64,000 nucleotides of DNA from a virus. A program made the translations under genes and the position numbers. Shown here in pieces: positions 10,712 to 19,565 of this stretch (positions within the stretch are counted from its first letter, which is position 1; every line of letters begins with the position of its first letter). The notes below the pieces were generated by a model that saw only the letters and a list, made by a program, of their open reading frames with translations, had not been told where the DNA came from and ran no database searches. The stretch covers positions 64,001-128,000 of the IMG/VR virus record IMGVR_UViG_3300025687_000001; one strand, given 5' to 3'.

Positions 10712-11541
10712 TAGTTGAAGCGTCCTACCTCACGCAGAGCACAAAAGATGCCTAGCAGCGTAACTGCCGCCGCGTGGGCTAGCAAGGGGCGCGTGCTGCG
10801 GTCCAGCGAGTCTTCGATTAATTGCACATAGACCTCAGGAACAATGTGCGCCGTAGACCGCAGAGCCGTGCGAGTGAGCTGCACCACCCGTGCTCTCTCA
10901 GCAAGCATGGTTTGAGCAGGCACCGAAGACTTGATGGGACCGGCGTAGACCGATGTCTCGTCAGGCCACGCTAGAGTCATGCAGCCCTCGAAGCGCTCCC
11001 GGTAGACTATCTGCCGTCCTCGACGAGCAGCTAAGGCCTCGTACGCGCCATCAGCAGGATCACTACAAAGACGAGCCAGCAGCGCAACCCTGAAGGTCTC
11101 CACAGCAGCGTTGCTGAACGCCTCTCCCATTGCAGTCTCTAGCGGCGTGGGCGTCGACCCATCGTACTCAGGGTTGGCTCGGGTGGTGTAGCTAAGGGTC
11201 TTGGAGGCAGAGTTGCCGCCAATGTCATCCACGCTGACTTCAACCTCGTACAACGTGTTGTGGGCCAGCAACGCAGTGTTCTGGATGCTGAGCTCGACTA
11301 CTTTGCTATCTCCGTCGTCCCAACTGTCGTAGAAACTGTCGTTCCAAGCACCGGCTTGGAGCGCGCCGTTGATGTACACATCGGTGCCGTTGACCGCTAC
11401 GTTGAGCGTAGCCAGGTCTAGACCCAGATCCCCCACGTCTCCGCGGTCGACTAGCTGGATGCGAAACACGGCTGCGCGGCTGACTCCGCTTGCGCTGTCT
11501 GCTGGGGTGACTGCGGCGATGTAGGGGGCTACGGCGGCCAT
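10711..11541 (-). CDS. Ig-like domain virion protein
   Basis: APYIAAVTPADSASGV..LAHNTLYEVEV..DDIGGN..SYTT resembles an SbsA/Big_5 Ig-like domain. Confidence 0.6.
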   Translation of the reverse strand: MAAVAPYIAAVTPADSASGVSRAAVFRIQLVDRGDVGDLGLDLATLNVAVNGTDVYINGALQAGAWNDSFYDSWDDGDSKVVELSIQNTALLAHNTLYEVEVSVDDIGGNSASKTLSYTTRANPEYDGSTPTPLETAMGEAFSNAAVETFRVALLARLCSDPADGAYEALAARRGRQIVYRERFEGCMTLAWPDETSVYAGPIKSSVPAQTMLAERARVVQLTRTALRSTAHIVPEVYVQLIEDSLDRSTRPLLAHAAAVTLLGIFCALREVGRFN

Positions 11542-11544
11542 GGG

Positions 11545-12684
11545 TTACTTAGAGCCTTTTCCAAACCGAAAAGAAGCTTCTAGCTTCCGTTTAACAGCAG
11601 CCGCACCCTCTACGAGCGTAGCCGCACCCTCTACGAGCGCTGCGGCAGACTCTTCTGTGCGCACAAGCGCTTGAATACTCCGCTTCCGGTTTACCAGGCG
11701 AAGTTGTTCCGCCGTTTCATCCGGAGACAGCCCGCCCTTCTTGTCCTTCTTCTTCTCCAGCTCGCTAAGTCGAGTAGAAATCGCGTTGTTTTCCTGCCTA
11801 AACGAGCAGCCGTCCAACCTCTTTGCTAGCGCTGCCATGTCCATGACCCGCCCCGCGTTTATATCTCTGGTAGCGGCAGGGGAGCCTTTAGTGCAGTCTA
11901 CCTTGCCACGGCCTTTGCGGTTGGGGCGCGGAGGCGGAGCAACGAACGCGGTGCGCGTAAACTGGTCCAAGGTGACGTAATCAACCGAAGGCACTGGAGC
12001 TGCTGCAAATAGGCTGGTGTCCCCGATAAACGCACGCTCCATGCGCTCCAGGTCTGCCTCGCGGCTGGCCCACATGTCATATTCGCTGGAGACAAGGAAC
12101 TCGAAGCTAAACTTCGCCCAATCGTCACTCTGGGCGCTGAGCACGTTGGTCATGCTCAGGATAGCCCCGGTGACCACCTTCCCATTGTAGGCTACCTGTG
12201 CTAAACGCTGCTGGTAGGAAAGCTGAGACCCCCGGAGAACCTGGTGGTACAGAGTATTTAGGGTACTCCGCCAGTTGTCTGTGTAGGTGTTCTCCAGCAC
12301 CCCCGAGAACGAGTAGACGCGAGGCTCCTCTCCAAAGAAGAGGGCGGCGTAGCTATCCCCGTTTAGAGGGATCAGCTGCGTTTTCTCAGTAGCCTTCTCT
12401 ACAACTTCTTGTAGGTAAAAACCTACGTAGGCTCCGCGTTGGAAGCTGGTCGCCGGCGCAGGGAGGGTAGTTAAGTCCCCAGTTAGGTAGAGACGAGCAA
12501 CGCGAAGATCGTTGTGGTTGTCTCGAGCTTCTGTGTAGTCGTACTTACGCGCGGTCAGGGGTCGCTCCGCGTAGACCCCCCTAGCTTCTGTACCCGGACG
12601 GCCGAGCGTGCCTCCGTAGTCGGTGTCCACGTCCCCGGCGATCTCAACGTCCAAACGCCTAGTGAACCAATCAGCCATCTGCAC
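11545..12684 (-). CDS. tail tube initiator/baseplate-associated protein
   Basis: Downstream of tape measure; FFGEEPRVYSFSGVL motif. Confidence 0.45.
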   Translation of the reverse strand: MQMADWFTRRLDVEIAGDVDTDYGGTLGRPGTEARGVYAERPLTARKYDYTEARDNHNDLRVARLYLTGDLTTLPAPATSFQRGAYVGFYLQEVVEKATEKTQLIPLNGDSYAALFFGEEPRVYSFSGVLENTYTDNWRSTLNTLYHQVLRGSQLSYQQRLAQVAYNGKVVTGAILSMTNVLSAQSDDWAKFSFEFLVSSEYDMWASREADLERMERAFIGDTSLFAAAPVPSVDYVTLDQFTRTAFVAPPPRPNRKGRGKVDCTKGSPAATRDINAGRVMDMAALAKRLDGCSFRQENNAISTRLSELEKKKDKKGGLSPDETAEQLRLVNRKRSIQALVRTEESAAALVEGAATLVEGAAAVKRKLEASFRFGKGSK

Positions 12685-12868
12685 CCTGCTTCTGGAAGAT
12701 CACCGCGCTCTCTCGGTACAACACCGCAGCACTCAAAAGGTAGGGGTCCGGGCTTTGTAGGCTCACAACATTCAGCGTCTTGAACCCCTCAACGAGATCC
12801 TCGCACTTCGCTGCCAACACTGCTGCGCCGTCTGGATTGACTAGTCGTAGTCTAGCTCGTTCAGCCAT
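12671..12868 (-). CDS. small hypothetical protein
   Basis: Fills the operon gap with overlapping start and stop. Confidence 0.45.
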   Translation of the reverse strand: MAERARLRLVNPDGAAVLAAKCEDLVEGFKTLNVVSLQSPDPYLLSAAVLYRESAVIFQKQGADG

Positions 12869-15800
12869 CAGGATATCTTCGCGTTCACGTAGTCAGTCAA
12901 AGCATATACAGACCCGACCAATTCACGGATCGAAAGATTGAGCGCGTCCGTCTCTTTGTTCAGCGCCTGATACTTGTTAGCCAGTTTCAGCGCTTCGGAC
13001 TGGTTTTCCTTGAGGGCTTTGTTGAAGAGCTCAATCTGGTCACCCGCTTCTTTGGTGCCGGCATCGCTCTTAGCGTCGGTGGAGCGCTTGCGTGTGGGGT
13101 CGACACTAGCTACGGCACTCCCGAGCACCCCTGCTTCTAAGAGCTCCATAGCCTGCGCAAAGCGCCCTTCTTTAGTGGTGTTGCCCTTACGCGCAAAGTG
13201 CTCCTCCCCAGCAGCCAAGCTTCGGATGCGTGTGAGCATGTCCCCAGCTTCGCTACCGGCCGCGCCCATGACTTGAACAGCGGCTTCCTTGCTTCCCAGG
13301 AACTTAGTGAGAAAATCTTCGTTGGATCCCCCCTCCCCAGCCAGCTCCTTAAGCTTTCGACTCCTAAACCCGGAACTAGTCAAGACGCGTTCGTCGTTGA
13401 TATGTAGTGCACCCAGGGCCGCGCTGAGGTGTCTGCTCTTCTCTAGCCCCTTTAGCTTCTCTTGGAACTCGGCGGTTTTGGCGCCCCAGTTGGTATTAGT
13501 GTCTTTTTTGGTGGATTCTCTAGCGTCCCTTAGCGCGGCTTTCAGCCCAGACGAGCCTTCTCCCTCGAGGACGCTTATAAGTCTGCGCGCGGCAGAGGAC
13601 TGTTCTCCTCCTTTGTCCGAGAGCGCCTGTAACTCCGAAATGTCCCCGCCGGTCTGGTAGAGAAGCTCCATGTCCTTGCCCGTGATGCCCGCTTTGGTGC
13701 CTTCTTGGGCTAGGAGCTGGAGAGTTTTTTGGTGCTCCCGGTGCTCAAAGGTAGTCTCCTCAAGGAAGGCGCTGCTCAAGTCCTGGGCGTAGGCGCGGCC
13801 GGTAGCGGATCTGGCGGAGTCCAACTTCACCTCTGTAATGGACCCAAAAACCTCCTTAGCAAGCTCCCCTTCGCTTCTAGCTCCGCTTAAGTTAACTCCG
13901 GAGAACCTCCCTACCTGGCGAGACAGAGCTCCTGCAGCGAGAGCGTTGTCTTCCGACTCTGCACTGAGGCGCTGGAACTCCGCGCCCATCTGGCTCTGAG
14001 ACGCCGTGCTGAGTACAGCAATCTTCTTCTGAAGTTCGGGATCTGCTTCCATCTCCCGAACAGTGCGGGGCTTCCTGCCGGCAGCAATGTCCTCCTTCTG
14101 TAGAACGCGGTAGATGGAAGTCTTAGCTCCCTGCTCTGCCAGCTTGGAGCTAAGAAACTTCGCACCCTTGGAAGAGCCGCCCTCTTTGTAGGTGTCAAAG
14201 GCGCGGCCTACGTTCTCTCGGTAGTGGGAGAACGCGGCAGCTACCACGTCTTTGCTTAGCTTACTAGCCTCAGCCATCTCGGCAGCGGAACGGTCCAGGT
14301 AAGCTCTGCGCCCCGAGCCAGTTCTAAACCTGCTCGACTCGCGGATAACAGAAGCGGCGCTGTCAACGTGCGCGGCGTGCCGCTGGAACATGGCCAGGTT
14401 TTCACCCGCCACCACGCTGTCACTCTTTAAGAACCGCGTAAAATCCGACCCCATGTGCCCGAAGCCCATATCCTCTAGCTGGTCAATGTTGGCTTCAGTA
14501 ACCGCGTAGTCCTTCTTGACCGACGCCGGAGAGATCCCCGAGAAATCCCCCGCCCTGAACTCGTCAAGAATGCTCTTGGACGGGCCTCCGCGACTGGACA
14601 GCAGGTACTGGTCCTCACTGACCCCTAGAGCCTTAGCTTCAGCAGAGACCTCTAACCCCGCCGTCGCTAGCGCTGCCCTACGCACTCCGAAGACGTCGCG
14701 AGCTGCGGACTTCTTGCGCTCAAACCACCGTACGGCACGGCCCCCAATGCCAAAGCGATCCTCTGCGTCCTGGTAGGAACGCTCTAACCGGTCTCGCTCA
14801 ATCAAGTCCTCTTGCTGCCGGGCTGCGCGAAGAGCTCCGGGGTTCTTGGCGAGCTCCATGTAACTCATGGCCCGCTCACGGCTGCCAGTTACGCGCGTAA
14901 GAGCCTGCAAGCCCGTCATGCCTCGATTCTCGCGCTTGGCCTGCTCCATCATCTGCCGCGCACGCGCGAAAACCATTGCTTGCTGCGTTTCAGGAGTCAT
15001 GTCCTCCTGGTACTCAGCAAACTGGTCCATAGCACCTTCTTCAAACATGGCTGCGCGCAACTCTTGCTGCCGCCGCGTAAGGCCCTTGCCTTTAATGAGC
15101 GCGCGCCCGCGCTTTTGTACGTCCTTGGCCGAGTAGCTTCCGAACGCCATCTCCTGGAACTTCATGGGGTCGAACGTCATGTCCGCGTTCAACGCCCCGA
15201 GCATCATGGTCCCTGCTTGAGTCGCCTGCATGTGCGCAGCGCCCCGCGTCAGGTGGGTGGCCATACCCTGCATACCGCCCAGCGCAGACAGTCGTCTATC
15301 GGAGATGAGGCCCCCGTCCACCATAGCCGTGGCGGACGCCAGTGCCGACCCACCCATAGCCAGCCCGGATCCAGCATTGAGTCCCATTTGGGCGTAGGTG
15401 CCCGCTGCTTCCCCACCAAACCCGGACATATAGGTCTGTAGCGTCATCCCCGCAGCTCGCGCAGCGGCGGTGAGTTTCTTGCCAAAATCCTGCTGCTGGA
15501 ACCTCGTAGAAGAGATGCCGAGAGATCGAGAGATAGACTGGAGCTCAATGGCATCCGCCTGAGTCAGCCCTTCTCCGAGATCCATGATGGTCTTGCTGAC
15601 CTTGGCCAGCTCTTTCACTCGGGCCACGATCTGCTCTGTGGATCCTGTGTGTCCGCGCATCAGGCCAGCCTCTTGGCCCAGCGCCATGGTGGACATCATG
15701 TCCTGCGTGCTGAAGCTGAAGCTCTCTACGGCGGCGCGGTCTAGCCCCTGGTAAATCTGCGCAGCAGAACGCGCGTTGATACCTCGCCCGGTCGGGCTGA

Positions 15801-16641
15801 CCAGGTTACCTAGCCGCATCCCGGAAAACACACTCTCGACGCCCCGCGTACCTTCTCGCTCACGCATGTACGCGTCGCCCCACATGGAAGCAGCCATGAG
15901 AGGCATGCCGATGGCCGACGCCCCGGCTAGGAGCCCGCCGCCGAGCCCAAAAGCCCCCAGCCCCCCGGCCACGGCCGACCCAAACCCGGCTACCTCGAGC
16001 CCCGTCATAGCCAGGTTTTCTACGCGACCAACTGTTCGCCTCGCCGCTGCAGCCCGTTGCTGCAACACCGACATCCCGGTCGGTGCTGGGGGCATCATCA
16101 GGTTACCCAGAGCTCCCGTGGCCGACAGGTCTCCCCAGAACGTTCCTGAAGACAAGCCTGCAGGACTATTCACCGGGCCTTGAATGGGGTGAGTAAACGC
16201 CTGTGTCCACACCGGCGGCGCGTGGGGCATACCCCAGGCAGGGCGAGCACCGATGTTGCCGTACCCATGCCAGCCGCCACCGCCGCCACCGTAGGAGGGC
16301 TCGGGCGGGGTAGGCCCAGTGTACCCAACACCCGCGCTGATGTGCGGGGCGCCAGCGATGGCGGAAGGCTGGCTCAGCCGGATGTTTGTCCCAATGGGAC
16401 TCAGCGTCTGCGGAGGGGGCGGAGCTGCCGCGCCCATAAGCATCGGCGTCTGTGCCGGGAAGGGCGCAGTGTGGCTAAGCTGAGTGGTGAATATGGGCGG
16501 CGGAGGGGTGGGTAGCTGTACCGCTGTGCTGCCACCGCTGTCTACCGGAGCAAAACTTCCTGGCAGCAGCCCTAACCTAACGAGCGCAGACTGAGCACCG
16601 CCGTACCCGGCTGCAATGCTCGAAAAGGTATCTTCTGCCAA
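12868..16641 (-). CDS. tape measure protein candidate
   Basis: 1257 aa, Ala/Gly/Met-rich and helical, hydrophobic Gly segment, directly after the frameshifted chaperone pair. Confidence 0.7.
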   Translation of the reverse strand: MAEDTFSSIAAGYGGAQSALVRLGLLPGSFAPVDSGGSTAVQLPTPPPPIFTTQLSHTAPFPAQTPMLMGAAAPPPPQTLSPIGTNIRLSQPSAIAGAPHISAGVGYTGPTPPEPSYGGGGGGWHGYGNIGARPAWGMPHAPPVWTQAFTHPIQGPVNSPAGLSSGTFWGDLSATGALGNLMMPPAPTGMSVLQQRAAAARRTVGRVENLAMTGLEVAGFGSAVAGGLGAFGLGGGLLAGASAIGMPLMAASMWGDAYMREREGTRGVESVFSGMRLGNLVSPTGRGINARSAAQIYQGLDRAAVESFSFSTQDMMSTMALGQEAGLMRGHTGSTEQIVARVKELAKVSKTIMDLGEGLTQADAIELQSISRSLGISSTRFQQQDFGKKLTAAARAAGMTLQTYMSGFGGEAAGTYAQMGLNAGSGLAMGGSALASATAMVDGGLISDRRLSALGGMQGMATHLTRGAAHMQATQAGTMMLGALNADMTFDPMKFQEMAFGSYSAKDVQKRGRALIKGKGLTRRQQELRAAMFEEGAMDQFAEYQEDMTPETQQAMVFARARQMMEQAKRENRGMTGLQALTRVTGSRERAMSYMELAKNPGALRAARQQEDLIERDRLERSYQDAEDRFGIGGRAVRWFERKKSAARDVFGVRRAALATAGLEVSAEAKALGVSEDQYLLSSRGGPSKSILDEFRAGDFSGISPASVKKDYAVTEANIDQLEDMGFGHMGSDFTRFLKSDSVVAGENLAMFQRHAAHVDSAASVIRESSRFRTGSGRRAYLDRSAAEMAEASKLSKDVVAAAFSHYRENVGRAFDTYKEGGSSKGAKFLSSKLAEQGAKTSIYRVLQKEDIAAGRKPRTVREMEADPELQKKIAVLSTASQSQMGAEFQRLSAESEDNALAAGALSRQVGRFSGVNLSGARSEGELAKEVFGSITEVKLDSARSATGRAYAQDLSSAFLEETTFEHREHQKTLQLLAQEGTKAGITGKDMELLYQTGGDISELQALSDKGGEQSSAARRLISVLEGEGSSGLKAALRDARESTKKDTNTNWGAKTAEFQEKLKGLEKSRHLSAALGALHINDERVLTSSGFRSRKLKELAGEGGSNEDFLTKFLGSKEAAVQVMGAAGSEAGDMLTRIRSLAAGEEHFARKGNTTKEGRFAQAMELLEAGVLGSAVASVDPTRKRSTDAKSDAGTKEAGDQIELFNKALKENQSEALKLANKYQALNKETDALNLSIRELVGSVYALTDYVNAKIS

Positions 16642-16643
16642 GG

Positions 16644-16949
16644 TTAGAACTCCGGCATGTCATCCAACGAGTCAAGCAGCGATAGCAGCTCCCGGTCTGT
16701 CTTTCGCTCCTCGGCTTTGTCCGCTACCAACCGCTCTCTAATGGTATAAGCCCCCTCGAGGTGGAGGCTCATACGCATTATATCTGTGACGATCTGGCTT
16801 AGGTTTTCAAAGTCTTTTTCGTTGCCTGACCGCCGCCATACTTCGGTCACCAGGGACCGTTCGTACTCTTTCCAAAGCCGGACCCGCTCACGGTAAACCA
16901 TCTCTTGCAGGATGGCGCTCTGAACTGACCCTCGCGGCGGGAGGGGCAC
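16644..16949 (-). CDS. tail assembly chaperone frameshift extension (GT-like)
   Basis: Frame is open back to the slippery heptamer at 16997-17003, in the -1 frame of the upstream ORF. Confidence 0.7.
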   Translation of the reverse strand: MPLPPRGSVQSAILQEMVYRERVRLWKEYERSLVTEVWRRSGNEKDFENLSQIVTDIMRMSLHLEGAYTIRERLVADKAEERKTDRELLSLLDSLDDMPEF

Positions 16950-16993
16950 CCCTCGTAGGACTAACTCCGCGCGAGCGCTGCCCCACGAGGTTG

Positions 16994-17611
16994 TCAGAAA
17001 TTTTCGATGGCCCTGGGGTCCCCGGCGAGCTGCACCTTCCGGTCAAACCGAACCAAAACCTGCCCTAACGTAAAGAAAACCTGCTCCGGGAGATTCGTAC
17101 AGAAGTTATATCGAGCTCGCCAGGCAGACTCGACGTCCTCCGCGTTCTCAGGGCTGGGGAAGATGAACTTCTCATTACCGTAGCGGGCCAAACTAGCCGC
17201 CACGTTATGGCGCGTAACGATGTGGTTGAAGTGGTTGGTGGTGCGCGGCTCGGTGTCGTACAAAATGTCCGCGAGCCTATCCGCGTCCCGAGTCGTACGC
17301 GTCCGGAACGTAAACACAGTGCCGCGCAGCTGATAGCTCTCCTCGTAATGCCCCTTGGACAGGAGAGAGTCGAGCACCGTCATGACGCTGTTTTCGCTGA
17401 TCTTCGCTTCCGCCAGCTCCTCCAGCCACAGGTCTTTGGCCGTCTTGGCTTGAAGAGGCTTAGCAGCAATCTCCTCCGCCGCCGCCTCCTCCTCCTCCTC
17501 CTCAGGAGCCTCGACCACCTCCGGGTCCTCTGCGGGCTCCGGGGAGGCCGCTAGGTTGGAGAGCCTGCGGGCTGCGCTGGCGTTGCCTAGCTCGGATAGC
17601 TTGATGGACAC
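16994..17611 (-). CDS. tail assembly chaperone (G-like)
   Basis: GGAG RBS; ends GAA AAT TTC TGA; upstream of tape measure. Confidence 0.7.
   Translation of the reverse strand: MSIKLSELGNASAARRLSNLAASPEPAEDPEVVEAPEEEEEEAAAEEIAAKPLQAKTAKDLWLEELAEAKISENSVMTVLDSLLSKGHYEESYQLRGTVFTFRTRTTRDADRLADILYDTEPRTTNHFNHIVTRHNVAASLARYGNEKFIFPSPENAEDVESAWRARYNFCTNLPEQVFFTLGQVLVRFDRKVQLAGDPRAIENF
16997..17003 (-). other. -1 ribosomal frameshift heptamer A AAT TTC
   Basis: In-frame X XXY YYZ immediately before the stop codon. Confidence 0.75.
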
Positions 17612-17639
17612 TACTTACTCCGCAAAAAAAGAAGGTTAG

Positions 17640-17649
17640 CTGGCATAAG
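17640..17649 (+). promoter_or_regulatory. extended -10-like promoter motif CTGGCATAAG
   Basis: Identical copies at 25562 and 30423; at a divergent gene boundary. Confidence 0.6.
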
Positions 17650-17650
17650 T

Positions 17651-17956
17651 CCCTGAGATCTCTAGGTGTAGTGCACAGCACTTGGAGTTCTCAGGGTCAC
17701 AGTGCTCCCAACATACGGGAGTCAGGCCCTTACCGCCAGCCTTAGTTTTTGACGTAGCTGTTGAAAGCCTGGGTTGGTAGGCTACTCCTAGTTAAGCCTA
17801 GTAGGCTAGCTCTTGTAACAAGAGCGCAGTTGTCTACCGGTGCAAACCGGTAGAGGCGATGAGCCAGCCGGAGACGCGTATTTTATCGGTACCCGAACTA
17901 GCCCAGAAAAACATCCGGCCTGCAGATGTCGACCTCGTAGGAGTAGCGAAGTGACT
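17651..17956 (+). ncRNA. candidate structured ncRNA or 5' leader
   Basis: Several hairpins plus long-range stem GCTACTCCTA/TAGGAGTAGC. Confidence 0.45.
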
Positions 17957-18154
17957 GTCATAAAAGAAGACGTGTTTGGTGGGGCGACGACTTGTGACCA
18001 CACCAACATCGAATACGAGCCCGCGGAGAACTGCGCTACCTGCGCGGACTGCGGCACTGTGTTTGTGCACACAGACCAAACCGCCCCTGAGGGCGAGCCC
18101 GAGGAGCTCCCTGATGTGGAAGTTGCTCTAGAGGAGCAAGATGGCAATGGATGA
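17951..18154 (+). CDS. small Zn-ribbon-like protein
   Basis: CDH..CATCADCG; GTG start at 17951 after AGGAG. Confidence 0.45.
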   Translation: MTVIKEDVFGGATTCDHTNIEYEPAENCATCADCGTVFVHTDQTAPEGEPEELPDVEVALEEQDGNG

Positions 18155-18356
18155 GTTTTTAGCCGAAGTGTTTGAGCGCGCGTCCCACGGAAACGTAGGG
18201 CTAGCTAATGTCATGAGTAGCGCCTCTCGGTACGGCATCCCTGCTTCGGACGCTCGTAGCCTGCTCAGGCTGGCTGTGCAGGAGCAGCGCCTGCCGGAGG
18301 CGGCTCTAAAAGAGGGGCTTGGTCGCTTCTTGGGGCTAAAATCTGGCAAAAGCTAA
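18141..18356 (+). CDS. small hypothetical protein
   Basis: GAGGAG RBS; operon packing. Confidence 0.5.
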   Translation: MAMDEFLAEVFERASHGNVGLANVMSSASRYGIPASDARSLLRLAVQEQRLPEAALKEGLGRFLGLKSGKS

Positions 18357-18359
18357 CGA

Positions 18360-19565
18360 ATGTACCCCACCCTGCCCTGGGTGACATCCGCGCTAAACAC
18401 ACTGTACGGCGTGGAAAAGCCCGCAGCGGCAATTAGCCTCTCCTTGGTTTCTGGTGAAGGCTGTATCCTTTTCGGCCCTCCAGGAAACGGTAAAACGCGC
18501 ATGCTAGAACTCGTTCTCGAGGCTCTGGCCCGCGCCGCTGACCCACTCAAGCCGTGGTCAGCCACTATGACTTCCGAGTCGACAATCGACGACCTGATCG
18601 GCCCCCTCGACCTCACACCTATCATCGAACAAAGTGGGGGGCCGTACAACCACCGACGCACAGTCGAAGGGTTGCTCCACGCTGACGTGGTGTGGCTTCG
18701 CGAGGGGCTGAGTGCCCCGCCGCGAACGCTGGCCTCCGTGCGCGACATCATGGAAAGCAAGGTCTTCGCGAATGGGGACCAGCAAGTTCCGTCGTCTGTC
18801 AAAGCCTGGCTTCTCGACACCAACATCGAGCCGCGTGAGCTGATGGAGATGGGTGACGAGTTCCGAGCACTCACCGAACGGTTCCCTCTGCAGGTCTCGG
18901 TAAACCTGTCTCCCTCCGTGCAGAACCTGAAGAGCGCATACTACTCCGCGCAGTTCGAGCGGCAACTCCCCCACGGACCTTCCATGGAGGAGTTCCGTAC
19001 TATGCAAGCGGCCTGCAAGGTCGTGTCTGTGGGCGAGGACAGCCTCTCCCACGCTGCTACGCTGATGGCCAATGCGGCCAAGGCGCACGGGTTCGTGCTC
19101 AACCCGCGCATCTTCCAGAAGGGCGTGCGGTTGATGCAAGCCAGCGCTACCATACACGGCCGAGGGCACACGACCTCAGAGGACCTGGCTGCGCTGGTGT
19201 TTGTGCCTGGTGGCGAAGTCCTCGAAGAGGAGCTGGGCACCAACATCCAGCGAGCTCAGATCCACAGTGCCGCCAACAAACGTCTAAGCGACGCTGCCTC
19301 GCTGTACGATGAGTGGCGCCGCCTTCACCGAGAGGCGAAGTCTGGGAACTTCATTGCCCAGAGCATGCTCCAGACTACCTTGGAGCACCTAAAGGTCAAG
19401 GTGGCCGGGCTGCCTCGTCTACCCGACGAAGCAGTAGCCGACCGAGATCGGCTACTGGACAGGCTCAGAGAGCAGATGAAGCTGCAGAGCCACACAACTC
19501 AGCGGCTTCTCCAGCTCAAACCGGAGTACGCAGACTTCGTAGCGAAAGTGGATGCCCTCTACTAG
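18360..19565 (+). CDS. RavA/MoxR-like AAA+ ATPase
   Basis: Walker A GPPGNGKT, DDLIGPLD, ALTERF; adjacent vWA gene. Confidence 0.85.
   Translation: MYPTLPWVTSALNTLYGVEKPAAAISLSLVSGEGCILFGPPGNGKTRMLELVLEALARAADPLKPWSATMTSESTIDDLIGPLDLTPIIEQSGGPYNHRRTVEGLLHADVVWLREGLSAPPRTLASVRDIMESKVFANGDQQVPSSVKAWLLDTNIEPRELMEMGDEFRALTERFPLQVSVNLSPSVQNLKSAYYSAQFERQLPHGPSMEEFRTMQAACKVVSVGEDSLSHAATLMANAAKAHGFVLNPRIFQKGVRLMQASATIHGRGHTTSEDLAALVFVPGGEVLEEELGTNIQRAQIHSAANKRLSDAASLYDEWRRLHREAKSGNFIAQSMLQTTLEHLKVKVAGLPRLPDEAVADRDRLLDRLREQMKLQSHTTQRLLQLKPEYADFVAKVDALY

Noticed and set aside
1-17611. Bacterial contractile injection system locus
   Set aside because: tRNA cluster, chaperone frameshift, dense small ORFs and absence of housekeeping genes point to a phage.
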